Shown here one piece after another: positions 37,464 through 51,464 of a stretch of DNA of 61,316 bases (the stretch's first letter is position 1; the number at the start of each line of letters is the position of its first letter). Location: contig NC_068982.1 of NCBI RefSeq assembly GCF_001194135.2, positions 104,462,017-104,523,332 on the forward strand, written 5' to 3'. Position numbers and translations under genes: made by a program. Source of the DNA: Octopus bimaculoides (lineage: Eukaryota). The notes below the pieces were generated by a model. The model saw nothing but the letters and a program-made list of their open reading frames with translations. It was not told where the DNA came from and did not search any database.

Positions 37464-37499
37464 GAAATTACCTTCTTTCTGGCAACTAAATCCTTCTCA
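37464..37499 (+). CDS. slo: Candidate slowpoke microexon, 36 nt, phase 2-2: (K)KLPSFWQLNPS(Q)
   Basis: Acceptor attctttacatttcAG (37462-63), donor CA/GTAAGC (37500). The 1+33+2 nt are open in the required frame. Confidence 0.5.
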
Positions 37500-40400
37500 G
37501 TAAGCCATAAGATATTTCATGTTTTGTTTCTTTTATTTCTATATCAATATTTCCTTTTTTTTTCACCTGATAACTTTATGTTGTGTACTTTTACTTTTAT
37601 ATCCACTTTAACTTCAGTTTATTGTTTCAAACATTACTTGCTTACATCAAAGATAAAGCACCAAAAGAAAATCAACAATATAATTCTCTAAAAATATATC
37701 AAGTTATTTGTTTCTTGAAAGACCATTTCAGATTCTGACCTCATGTCAACTTACATACATCTAAAGCAACCAACAGTGATTCTTATTTTGTTTTGTTCTT
37801 TTTTTAAAACCTTGTTTCTTAACCCTACCTAGCCTGCCTTATCTTCCATAAATTCATCACTGATATCAAGTTATTTTCAACGTTTTTCTTTTTAGGCGCA
37901 GACATTGTTCTTGTGCTATAATCTTTGACAAACACTTAGAATTGTTTCATATTTTTACAAATGAACACCAACGTTTTATAATACTTGAAAACTGTTAGCA
38001 CAAATTCTAATATAAGATTCCTGGGAGGAAAAACTAAATTTCTATCCACTAACCTTAAAGAAGTTAGACATTTTCTCAGCTGCATATTTTTCTCAGACAA
38101 TCAATTTACAAACAAACCTTGTACTTTTGTACTTGACTAAATCCCTTAGTATAATTAGCTGTTCAGACTAGGTGCCAGACAGATAGCTCAAGACAGATAG
38201 GTGCCAGACAGATAGCCAACTGGCAGGATACCTAGGGATAGAATGACATGGTTGGATAATATCCATTGTTCCAGTTGGTCATGCTTGGGAATCCAACTAG
38301 AAAGTGTTATGATGTTGCTTCTGATAGAAAGTATCTGAAGACTCAACCCATATAACCCTCCCAGGAATAGTGGGTGGAAAAGATGGATAGATGAGATGGA
38401 TGTAACAAAGAACTTTCACTTTGATCTTTCAAACTTCTGTGGATCAACAAAATAAGTGCCATTTGAATACTGGTTTCAATCTAATTAACTTAACTAGCCT
38501 CACAATTTGAGCCTTTGTGCCTATGTCAGAAATCATTAAATGCCATACGCATAAACTTGCATCTCTTCTAAAATACTTTTTCAATGCATGAGCCAGCCAA
38601 GGAAGTTCTACATGGTCACTTGATCTGTTAGAAACAACTAAATTCACTCAAATCTCATCCTATGAGCTTAACAAAGGAAGGACACATTAGACAAAATAGT
38701 CATATGTGTTTGTACACAAAAGATCAAAAGGATACATAGCTGGAATGCCTTTGATCATAGTTTGCTCAATCAAGGTTGATCTGGGGCTACACATCAATAC
38801 ACATGCTAGGCTAGAAGAGCAAATATCAACAAGTAATATTTCAGGTGTTAATCATCATCATCGTTTAACATCCGCTTTCCATGCTAGCATGGGTTGGACG
38901 ATTTGACTGAGGACTGGTGTTCCAGATGGCTACACCAGGCTCCAATCTGATTTGGCAGAGTTTCTACAGCTGGATGCCCTTCCTAATGCCAACCACTCCG
39001 AGAGTGTAGTGGGTGCTTAAATTAGGAATTCTATAAGTATCACTTGGTGTGTTGGAAATTTTCTGTTGCGTTATCCATAAAAGGCTGGTACTTTGTCCAG
39101 GATGAGATTTATCTTTCAAATGCTTAATGCTACAGAAACTAGAGTATAGCACTGGTCAAATTATCCCCTAAGGTTGATGAAATAGTTAACTTTGATTTCA
39201 GAAAGAATTTTAACCCTGGTCCTAATAATTTTTATAAAAAGGTCAATCTTAAAAACTTACAATGAATGTAACCTTGTTGCCTTTCCTGTTCTTATACAGT
39301 GAAAAATCAATAATAATTCTGGTGATTCAGTATTTTAAAAGCAACCACAGTTGAAATTAGAAGATAGACAATTATTTTTCTTAATTTTATTCACATAAGA
39401 CACAGGCATAGCTGTGTGGTAAGAAGTTTGCTTCTCAACTGCATAGTTTCAGGTTCAGTCCCTTTGCATGGCACCTTGGGCAAGTGCCTCAGGCGTACCA
39501 AAGCCTTGTGAGTGGATTTGGTCAGCTGACACTGAAAGAAGCCTGCCATATGTATGTGTTTGTGTGTGTGCCTTTGTGTCTTTGTTTGTTCCTCCACTAC
39601 CACATGACAACTGACATTGGTGTGTTTACACACCCATAACTTAGCAGTTCAGTAAAAGAAATCAATAGAATAAGTATCAGGCTTTAAAAAATAAGTAAGT
39701 ACTAGGGTTGATTCATTCAACTAAAATTCAAGGCAGTGCCCCAGCATGACCACAGTTTAATGGCTAAAACAAGTAAAAGAAAAAAAGAATAATCCTAGCT
39801 TTATTGTAGAAAATAGAATAGTATTACAGTTTGTTTGAAGAATTTTGGAATAGAAAAACTATGACTTGGATAGCTACAGCAATGCAGTTGAGAAGAAATT
39901 AAATATGAATAGATGCAAAACTTTAAAATTTTATCTCAAATCTTTATATCATTACTCCTCAGCTGAAAGTCTCTAATCATAGATGAAAAGAAATAAACTA
40001 ACACATTGCTGCTTCACTTTTCACCCGTGACTAGAAATATTTGTTGGTTGAGCTATCAAAATTATTAAATGATTTAGGATAAAAGTTTTTTGTTATTCTT
40101 GTATTTAATTTATTCTCAACTACATTGCTCTGGTTTTCTTAATCAGTTTTTCTCTAAACAATAGTTCCTTGAGATTTATGTTCCATTTTTATTTCACCCC
40201 AAAATTCCATGCTTCTTGTTCTATGGCTCATATGCCTAGTAAAGCCAAATTGCTGTAACTAATGTATGACTTGCAGCTGTTAAGGTTTAAACAGAGGCTT
40301 CCTAATAATATTTGCTACAGTAATCTGATTGTGGCATGTATGTTATTGTTGAATTCACTTTATACAAGAGTATTTTTTTAGTTTTTTTTACCTCTTCCGT

Positions 40401-43400
40401 CTTTTTATGAGTGGTAGCAAGTATTCATGCAATACCTGTTGGTTGGTTACTCTGAGAAACAAAGGTGTTATCTCTGAAAAGAGGATGCGAAACATTTTAT
40501 TAAAAAAAGTATACCTCCCACAATATATACATGGGAACTGACCAACTGCTACAAGAGAAAGCCAAATGCTAATTCTGACATTTTACTATTATTATAAACT
40601 AGTGGTGACTGAAGAAATGTTTAGCAAGTAATATTTGGACCTGTGGAAAGAAATATTGTGAGAATGTTTCTTTGTGTCCTTTTTCTCTCTTCAAATTTTA
40701 CCTTTGTAATGTTGTGTCTCCTTTCTTCCTTTCTTTCTTTTCTTTTTTATACACTTTACATACTTCTATTAATTAACCTTGGTTTTCCTTTCTGTTTGTC
40801 ATTTCTTTTTTGACATTTATATTTTTTAATAAATTTTTCATTTATTTTGTCACTAAGCCTGGAATCTCTACATAATAAGCAGTGGTTTATCTTCAGCAAA
40901 ACTTTAACAACAAAGGAGAAAAATTGTTTCTCAATATCAATTTTTTTAATAATTATTTCTCAATGTAGTTACGTGTTATTTTTTTTTCACTCTTGACAAT
41001 TTCTATCAGTGATATGTTAATCACTTTTTTTTTGCACATTTCCTAGAGGGGGAGTCTATATTTTACATATTTATCTATTTAAGAAATTGTTACTTGCTTT
41101 TTATATTAAAAGTTGTATATATGCTTTATATTAAATTGAAGGTACTTATAAAACAAAGCTACAAGATCTTACAAATAATTAACTTTCTAAATTTTCAGCA
41201 AATATTCCATGCTATTTTGTTTTGGTGCTGATTTATGCATTATTTTAACTCAATTTTATTTTCAGAATAAAAAAAACTAAAATACTCAATGTAAAAAGTA
41301 TTTTCTTGTTACCATTTTTGCTTCTAAACTCATTTCCTCAATCACATGCAAATATGGGGTAAAATATAATCGAAATAATCACCAAAGTATTAAGAATGAT
41401 ACTATTGACATTTAATAGAATAATATTGATTGCTTGTGCAGTTTCTAATATCAACTGAACTTTCTTTGACTTATGTAAAGAAAAAGTATAAATTAACATC
41501 TTAATATAAATTGGGAACAGAAAGATTGCTTAATCATAGACATGAAAGTGGCTTAGAATAAAATCTATAAATTCCAGTTGAAAAATTCTTCTTTGCTACT
41601 CTGTAGAAATTAGATCAGTTAAAGATAACCAAAGTCACTCAATAATGGTCGGGAAAATGGTCATGTATTCTTTTAAATGATAAAGATTAAGCATGTATTG
41701 ATTCTTTGTTTTGCAGTAAAGTTTTGTAAATGCTGCAGTTTATGCTTTGAAATATCTTTGCTGTCTGTGTCGAAGACAATACATTTAAGATCAAATAAAA
41801 TTTGTAAGATTGTAATTAATATAACATTTTGAAAAACAAAAATGTAGCTTAATCTCAGATTCTGTGGGTTTGATCTTTAATACTTTCTATTCTATAATAT
41901 AGTTCTGATATCTAATGACATTTAAACTAACATGAAAACATGAAGAAACAAGTTGTCAATAATAAAAAAAGAAGGTTCATGTTCTTCTACAGATATTCTT
42001 TGAAAGCAGATATTCTCTTGTTTAGGATTGGTTGAATACTCTTCACTGGATTAGGTTTATTCAACACAAATAATAAATAGTATACAAAGGACAAATAAAA
42101 AATGAATCTGCAATAAGGTAAACAGTTCTTTGAAACTTAGGGATTTTAATAATTGAGTGAAGTCAGTATACTTAGTAGGCAATTTGAATTTGATAGAGTT
42201 TATTTTTTTAAGGCTAAATTGTGCACAGAATAGTTACAGAGTGATTCTATTTTTGGAAAGAAGGGCTGAGAAAAGATTTTTTTATTTGGGGTAATAAAAA
42301 TAATCATATCAGCATAGTGAAAATACTTAAATATTATACAAAATTATGTCATGATGAAATGCACCTTGTAAAGTAGTTGATGTTAGGAAGGGTATCCAAC
42401 TATAGAAACCATGCCAAAATATAACATTTGAGCAAGATGTGATTCCCCAATCATCTACAAGGGCAGTATCTCCAAATAAGAACTAACTCAGATCATGATG
42501 ACTTGTCCAACCAATACCAGCATGGAAATTACATATAAAATAATGCAACATCTCAAGAGTTTAAAATAGGAAAAATTAGGAATTCTATAAGTATTATTTT
42601 TTTTTAACATTGACAGACAAGTTAAAAATAAAAGAGTATGACAAAGATGATAACAATACTGACAATGGCAACGATTGATCCAAATGGGTAAAGTGTGTTC
42701 CCCAAGAACTTTAATTTCATGCTATACTTGGTGCCAAATTTGAAATGGAGGAATAGCATATGTTTTGTAATCAGGAATATTGTCCCCAATAATTGATAGA
42801 TAGTAGTTCAACTCACATCATGGGACATATTGCTAGATTTTGTCTCAAAGCAGTTATTTTACTACCTAATATCATTTAATCTTGGCAATTCGTAGTGTCA
42901 AACTTACATAATGGTTAATGTAGTTATGGATCTCCTCCTAGAAGATAATGATAAAATAAACTGAAAAATGCATTGTTTTTCCCTTCATTCATGAATTAAT
43001 AAGGGGAAGGTCAGTTCTTATAGCTTTTTTTAAGCTACCCACTAAACTGATGGATTTTAATAATTTGGTGATATTAGTGTACCACATAGTTTGTATTTGA
43101 TGCAGTTCAGTTATTTGAGAATAAACTGTGATTCTATTCTGTGCAAAGAAGAATTGGGAAAAGATTTCTCATTTGAGGTAGTCAAAATAATCATATCAAC
43201 AAATCAGAAATACTTGAGTGGTGTTCTATAATATTATACTTATTATAATAAATAGAAGAGCATACACTGAAATTTGTGCATATTATTATATTGGCAGTGA
43301 AGGAAAAATAACAGAGAAGTGTTAAAGTATTAAAATAGAGTAAGATTCAGAGAAACTTTGTCTAACTAGCATTATTTCACTATGAGGCTAATAGAGTCCC

Positions 43401-45297
43401 TGAGTTTTGGGGGGTTGTTTTTATAGACCAACAAAAATGAAGATAATCTGACTGAAGAATAAATTGAAATTTATGAGCCAACAATTTTATACAGATTTAA
43501 ACTCACTTGACACATCTTTAAATGTTTGTGCCACTGATCTTGCCTATTCAGATAGAAATCTGATCTTACAAAATTACTTTTGTGAAATCCTATAAATACC
43601 GTCTTAATGTTTCTTTTATATAGATGTGATATCAATATTGGTTTTAAATTTAGGCTCAAGGCCAGCAATTTTGTGGGACAGTAAGCTGATTTCATCAGCC
43701 ACAATTCTCAACTGGTACTTATTTTTTTATCGACTCTGAGAGGACGAAAAGCAAAGTCAACCCTGGCAGCATTTGAACTCAGAATGTAATGTATGAAGAA
43801 ATGCCATTAAGCATTCTGTATGGCATAGTAACAATTCTACCAACTCACCATCTTATGTGATATTAATATTGAAATAAGGTAAAAGGCAGTGAGCTGGCAG
43901 AATTGTTAACACCCTGGACAAAATGCTAAGTGGCATTTTGTCTGTCTTTACATTCTGAGTTCAAATGCCACTAGGATCAACTCTGTCTTTCAACCCTTCA
44001 GGGTTGGTAAAATAAGTACCAGCAGAGTACTGAGATCAATGTAATTGACTTACCCCTTCCTTGAAATTGCTGGCCTTGTGTCAAAATTTGTAATCAATAT
44101 TAAAATAAGTTCAAAGGCAATGAGATGGCGGAATCATTAGTGTGCCAAGCAAAATGCTTATTGACATTTCATCCATCTTTACATTCTGAGTTCAAATTCT
44201 GCCAAGGTTGACTTTGCCTTTCATCCTATCAAGGTCAATAAAATAAGTACCAGTTGAGCACTATGGTCCATATAATTGGCTTATTCTGTCCCCTGAATGT
44301 GCCAAAATTTGAAACCAGTATTAATATAAGGTCAGGAAAATTAGAGTTTATGAAATTCATGCACTTCTTAAGGGTATTAGTTCTGTAAATATATCAGTTC
44401 TACCTGAAAATTGAATCATTAGCTGAATAATAAACATTATATTCAATTTAAGCTATCAGTTGTGGAATTGGCATTTTTTAATGTAATATTCCATATTTCA
44501 TTTAAGCACCAATGTTATGTGTGAGAGTGAGTGGAGAGAGAGGGAGGTAAGCAGAGAGGAAGTTGATGACAAAACAGCATGAATTGAAAAATTTGGTTTG
44601 ATTTTAAAATTCCTTTGCATTCCTTGTAATATAGCAAGTGAAAATAACATAAATTTCTTTATAGAAAAACATGTTAGTTAACTACTCTGAAATAACTGAC
44701 AGAAATCATTTTGTTAATCTGAAGGTGAGGAAGTTATTCAATTATGCAAAAACATTAAAGTTTTAACACTTCAAGAAATCAAAAATGAAAAATAAATTAA
44801 ATGATTTTTATCTTTTGCTTCAAGGCATACAAAAAAAGACAATAAAATAATGTAATGAAGCCACAAGAAACAATACAATAAAATAAAGTTTCTAAGTAGT
44901 CACTCTACTTAAAAAGAAGCATAAACACAATATAAAAATATGTATTGCTTGGAAGTATTGCTGTTCTAAAGAAGTGCTTTCTGTTTGATGTTGGAAGACC
45001 TGAAGAAACTGTTTCTTATTCTACTTGTTTGCTTCTGCACTGTATATACAAACCTGAAAATATAAATAATATTGATAATAATCATTGTCATCATCATAGG
45101 TTTGGTAGCTGTTTTGTGGTGCTAGCTTGGAAAAAAATAGGAATTTTCTGTTCTGTTGAGCAACAAATAATTAAAGGTAATAAACTCCTATTTAGGTTAT
45201 TCCTGATAATGGTTCCTTAGATATGAAGATATGACTACATAAAACATTTGACAAGAAGAGCATATTGTAAAAGATTGAAAAGAGTAGAGTAAGATTA

Positions 45298-47409
45298 TAC
45301 TGGGCAATGAAAAATATTTTTGTCTGGCACCTGGAATATTTCAACGAATTCTTAAGTGATTTTGCCTGCTAAATTAAAAAATAACTTCGTTTTTCTCTAT
45401 TAGGTCTAGTTTTCTGACTAGACTTGATAGAGTAAGAATTTTATTCATACAAGAAGCATAGCATAACAAAAACCAAAACAAAGTACAAATAAAAATTCAA
45501 AATTGAAAATGCACATTGGTAGAGAATTCGAGGAATAAATTTACGCTTCTTTGTGCACCATGAATGTTGAGCAACAGGAGTATCTTGTTTTAAATATCAA
45601 CAATAGTCTGCCATCATCACAGTGTCCCAATGTCCTTGGTACTGGTTTCCATCTGCTTGATGTTCTGATGGAATTGTTCATTTTGTTCATCACTAACATC
45701 TCCGAAATTTTCAGGAAAATGATCAAGATGACTAAAAAGATAATGCATTTTTATGCTCATATTTGTGCCAATATCATGAAAAGTTGATATCAAGTTGGTA
45801 ACAAGGTTTTTATAGTTTTCACTTGTGTTTCCCAAGGAAATTTTTCACTATTTCTGCAAAGGCTAGCCAAGCATATGCTTCATTTTCGCTCATCGTTTTC
45901 ATGAAATTTGTGTCCTTCAAGAGCTTACAGATCTGTGGTCCATCAAAAATCCTTGCTTCAAGTTTTTCAGTCCTCAAGTCTGGAAATACACTGCAGATAT
46001 ACTTGAAGCACTTCTCAGTTTTGTCAAGAGCTTTGACGAATTGCTTAATCAATCCAAGTTTGATGTACAAAGTGGAGTAAATGATCTCATCTCACTCAAG
46101 TAAAGGTTCTTCCAGCATATTAGCAGCTCTACTTGGAGCCATATTTGTTCAAGGCGGCCAGTCTTTCTTAACATAGTGGTTTACTTGGTCTCTACTGTCC
46201 CACATGTAAAGAAAGCATGGATATTTGGTATAACCAGATTGCTGTCCCATAAGAAAATTCACCATCCTTAAGTCAATGCAGATGGCCCGTTTATGATCAT
46301 GATACAGTATCTTCTCTAAAACCAACTTAATTTCTTCATATTTTTCCTTCAGAGTTGTTGAGTGGCCGAGTGGAACAGAGCCATACACATTTCTGTTGTG
46401 CAACAATACACATTTTAAACTACACTAAGAGCTGTCTATGAAAAGATACCATCCTTCTGTTTTGTATTCCTCAATGCCAAGTTTATTAAAAAGTCCACTG
46501 ACATCTCCGCAGTAAACCAGCTCTTCTTCTTTTGTGAAGAAAGGAATTCTTCATGCCAACTCCAATAAAAGGTTATACAGACACCATTCTCTAGAAGATT
46601 CTTCTCTTTCAGTCAGGAAGCCAACAGTTCTGTAGAATTTTTTGGGAGGTTCAAGTCACAAACTAAGTCATTCAGCTTTACCTAGGAGAATAGCTGAGGT
46701 AAAGTCTCAACTGAAAAGTCTTGATCTCTGGTGTCATCTTCTTTGGTTGAGGGTAAAGTTATCGGAGGCAAACATTCAAGACAAGAATAGGAAGCTCTTC
46801 ATGGTCTAATAGCAGAGGCAAGATTAGTATAGACAAGTGTTTGTCAATTTTTTCCAGTTAATACCCTTCAAATTTAGGTTACAACAAAAATAACAGTCGT
46901 CCTATACCACTGGTATAGCAAATCTCATACTTTTCCTTGTCCCTTTAGTCTATTGTCGCAAATGTTCTGCACATTGTTTGCTGACACTGTGCAGTGCCCA
47001 ATATTTATTTTGGGCTCCCAGCTTGACCCCAAAATATGCCATATGTGCTCTGTCAACAAAATCAGTGATGTTTCTACAATTTCCAAGTAATGTGTATTCT
47101 CTACAATCATAACAAAACACATTTGGAGAATTAATGCAACTCTTGCTTGAAGAGGACATCTTGCTCATTTTCTATTGCTTAGTTCACCGCAATGTCTAAA
47201 AAGTATGGAAAAAAAGAAAAAAACTTAGAATTAGAATAAGGTAATGAACACTGCATACTGGACGTACACATATACATAATGACTAGAGGGATGTTCAATA
47301 ACTTAAAAACTAGATCTGATAGGTCAAAAGGTTATTTGAATTCAGGAGATCAATTTTGTATAGGAATGATGTCTATTTCCTAAATAACCAAAAACCTTGT
47401 AGACCAGTG
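45298..47409 (-). mobile_element. Full-length decayed Chapaev3-like (CMC superfamily) DNA transposon
   Basis: Termini tACTGG...CCAGTG flanked by TTA on both sides. Minus-strand fragments read SCINSPNVFCYDC..AYFGVKLG, ICIDLRMVNFLMGQQSGYTKYPCFLYMWDSR, YIKLGLIKQFVKAL and SIKMHYLFSHLDHFPENFGDVSDEQ. The family name is from my memory of Chapaev3 transposases. Confidence 0.75.
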
Positions 47410-49879
47410 TTATAGTTGCTGAACTTGCCATAGGTTAAGTAATTGTCTCAAATTTTGGCACAAGGTCAGAATTTTTAAGAGAGGGAGTGAGGGAGTAAGT
47501 TGATTACATTACCTCCAGTGTTCAACTGGTACTTATTTTATTGACCCTGGAAAGATGAAAGTCAAAGTCAAGCACAGCAGAATTGAAGGTTAAATAATGA
47601 TAGTAATATTAATGTGTATCTAGAAAACTTTTAGATCAACTATTTTATAGAGTTCAAAAGTAATTAAAATATGGCACATCAGAAGGTTTTATTTGTATGT
47701 ACCCAATAGTAAGCATCCGTCAGTCTTGAGAGACCATGGATCTGCAACCGGAGAAATTGAGTCAGCTGCTGTGGCTGTAGAGGCCCACACAGGAGTGACA
47801 GTCATGAATACAGTGACTGCATTTGAAGTTTTCTACTGGTTACATAAAATGTTACATAAAATAAATTAACACATTCTTTTAACACTACTCTTATTTGAAA
47901 CTTCATGGATAGAATGATACAACAAATATTACTGGCACAAATAAGATATTTGTTATTGTTCTAAAAGTGGTTATTTTGATAAATCATCTCTTAATAATAA
48001 AAAATTCTTTAAAGGTCTTTTGAGTTGATATCAATCTTTTTCCATCATATTTCTTCTTAGTATTTCTAAAGTAGCCAATATAAACTGTTCAATGAAATAG
48101 TAAACATGAGTGCTAAAGTATTAAAACAAAATACCATCTTCACTTTATTTATACTCTAAACACTTTCTCAAACAAACATTTTCAATTGTATTTGAAAGTG
48201 TTTAAATCTGCATGATTTTCCTGTTTATCTTGAAATTCTTGTAAAATTCAAAACTATTATAAAACATAGTATTTTTACTTTTGTAATATAGGTGAGGAAT
48301 GAATAATACATATTTCTGTTGAATTCATTTAATTTTGTGTAACATGACCTATTTCTTTCAGATGAAGATTCCCTTTCCAATGTTTTTGTTTTCAGCTCTG
48401 AGAATGAAGAACTTCTTAGAATGATTTGATATTTTTATTTAAGATTTTGTTTCCATATATGCTTATCCAAATGATTTGATTAACAGTGCATTTAGTTGAA
48501 AAATGATTACTAGTTTTGTGCATCTGTTAAAGAGTTGAAATTTTATCAAATTGATAAATGAAATCTTTATCCAAAATCCCTTTCTAAATTCAACTTAATT
48601 TTATGCTTCACTCCAAAATTTTGTATGTCCTTAACTAATACATAAAATTATATCATTCAACCTTAAACATAGTATAAAGGTGTTCTAATTAATTACCTTA
48701 AAATTCAAAATAGTAATGCCAAGTGTTGTACATGACTCTTCACAATTTTAAAAAAGATAATTTTTATAGTATTTTCACTCAAATAAATTCTAGTATTTTT
48801 TCAAGTAAATATTTTTTAAATTCTTTCAGTTAAAAGTTTTATCGTAGCTTTATTTTTTTAATTTTTATTATTAGACCTGTATAGTGACTTAATGCAAAGT
48901 TATTTGATTCATTATAATGGAAACTCCATCCAATATCCCTGATAACTATGGAAGCAATGTTTGCAGTAACAGATGTTCTGTAACAATTTCATTGATTCAC
49001 TATACTTGTAGATATCATAGTATGGCTTAGGAAAGTAATTTAATCAGGTAAGATAGTAAGAAAAAAATAAAGAGGTCCTTGAAGATAGGCTAATCTTTTT
49101 ATAATTGATTTATTTTCTGGACATTTAACACTTATGTATGGAAGCTTGTATATTCATATTAAGATACTCTGTTGAGTTTAGTTCATGCTAGTGTCTCTCT
49201 TAGTGCAAAAGATCAAAGGGAAGTTATTAAGTATAATATAATAGAAGAGCAGATGGCAAAAAACAGCATCACATAATAATATGAAAGTAGAGCAAGGTTG
49301 AAACAAAGAAATGATCCTGACATTAATTTATTGAGTGTTGTAGCTCGTTGTGCATCAGCCTTCATATTCTAAATACATTAATACACAGAACTTCCTTCAT
49401 AAAAGAAACAATTTAAAAGAGAGCATCATATAGTTTACAAAAGCAATCCCTAATGAGGATGACAAGAAGGATGAATATACATATGTATAACTAAAACATG
49501 ACTGAGATCTCTAAAACTGTAAAATAAAATTTTAAAAGAGTTAAACAAGTGATTGCATATAAAATAGATCTATCTTACTTTGTCTCCCCACCTCTCTTCC
49601 TCTCTCTCAAACACACACACACTCATATAAAATGCCAAAGAGAGAACTTAATACTTAAATTCTGGCAGAAATTATGATATTCTGGTCTGTTTGAATATAA
49701 ATAATCACTATTAAGTATCACATACATCAACAGGGATCTTTAATCTCTTTATATCTCCGTTATTTAATAAATATGGTCTACATCAATTGCTAAACAGAAT
49801 TTCTTATTTTTTATGTTTTTATATTTTTATTTATATCTGAATTATACATTTTCTTCTTTCTGTTTGGTTTTGTCACCAG

Positions 49880-50042
49880 GCCCACCAGTCCATCTAAAGG
49901 AACTTTACAAGCTTTAGACAAAGGAAACTCTGCCAATTTACCCCCTGATATGAATGTTGTGCCTGGAGAGGAACCTCGAAAATTTGATTCGACAGGAATG
50001 TTCCACTGGTGTCCAGAACGGTGTATTGAAGATGTTCTTATG
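49880..50042 (+). CDS. slo: slowpoke exon (phase 2-0): [54 protein letters not shown]
   Basis: Carries the [11 protein letters not shown] hallmark of Slo1 at the start of RCK2. Acceptor ttttgtcaccAG, donor ATG/GTAAAC, 163 nt. Confidence 0.95.
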
Positions 50043-51422
50043 GTAAACTATAGAGATTCCTTGGATTATTGTTGCTTTCTGTATTAGTTACATATCAACT
50101 ATTACAAACATTTTTTTTTAAATGTACCACTTGCACAAAAAGCGAAAATTTAGCACAAAACAATGCACAAACACAGAACAACCACAAACACCACATCTAA
50201 TCAAACTATTGAAGCAACAAAACTATTGTAGAAATATTATTATTATAATCTCTCATGAACTTTTAATCTCCCCAAAAACTATAAGGAATATGAACTAACA
50301 AATTCAATGTGCATATTTGAACTGTTGGAAGTAGCAACCAAATCTTTCTCAAATTACATTCTGTCATCTTGAAGAGGAGGAACATGTTGGATAATGTTAT
50401 TTTAACTATCCGTGGCCTAAAGAAAAGAGGAAGTGGCTATGGGTGGAATGCATATATTTATACTTTTGCCTTGCTATGGCTGACATGGGCTAACAACAAA
50501 GTACACAAAATAGTACATTTCTCAATTACACCATCTATATACAGTCTGCATTTATACTCATGTGATGATCAGTTTCTTTTTTACTACATGCTGTCAGACT
50601 CAAGCAAGCCAGCACTTCTACAGGATCCCAGAACTCTATCCTAACAACATGATCCCACTCATTCAATCCAGAGAAACTTAAAAAATACATGCAATAATAA
50701 CAGCAGGAGCAGTATCAGTAAACTTGTTAGCTCTAACAAGTTTACCATAGTGGCATGCTGACCACCTCATGAACACACATACACATGATTATCAAATGTC
50801 AAGCCTACATCTGATGTAGCTGCAGTCAGGCATAAAAACAAACTGAAGAGTGAAATGAAAGAGCAAATTGCCTCACTTCTCTCAATACAATAAAGTGCTC
50901 CATATCAAAGTGCACAGCATGGTCCTCAGTTGTGCAGAACCATGATATTTATGCAGCAGTGATTGTAAACAAGTTATAGCAAACAAAATCTAGGACTTAC
51001 AATTTCTGCTAATGCATTAAAGTTTATAAGAAATTGGAAGGCCTGGAATTAACAGAATATGATGGTTTTTAGCTGTGTGTTGTTCATGAATAAACCAATT
51101 GCAAAGAAGGATAAGAAAACCAATTACAAAAAAGCTATGGTAGTTGAAGTCATATGAGAGTTACACCTTATGAGATTTTTGCAAAAGGATTCAGTAAGCC
51201 TTATCTAAAAATTATTTTTTATCATTCACTTGTTTCAATCATTCAACTGTGGCCATGCTGAGGCATTACCTTGAAAGTTTTAGTCAAACAAATCAAACCT
51301 GGTATTTGTTTTTTAAAGTGTGGTACTTTATCTATCATTCTCTTTAGCCAAACTGACAAATTTCAGGGACTTAACCAAGTCAACATTAGTTGTCAATCAT
51401 TGTGGATGGGGACAAACACAAA

Positions 51423-51464
<42 letters not shown>

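Noticed and set aside
48362-48430. Acceptor followed by DEDSLSNVFVFSSENEELLRMI-stop
   Set aside because: It is open only in phase 1 (the required phase-2 frame gives an immediate TGA) and there is no credible donor.
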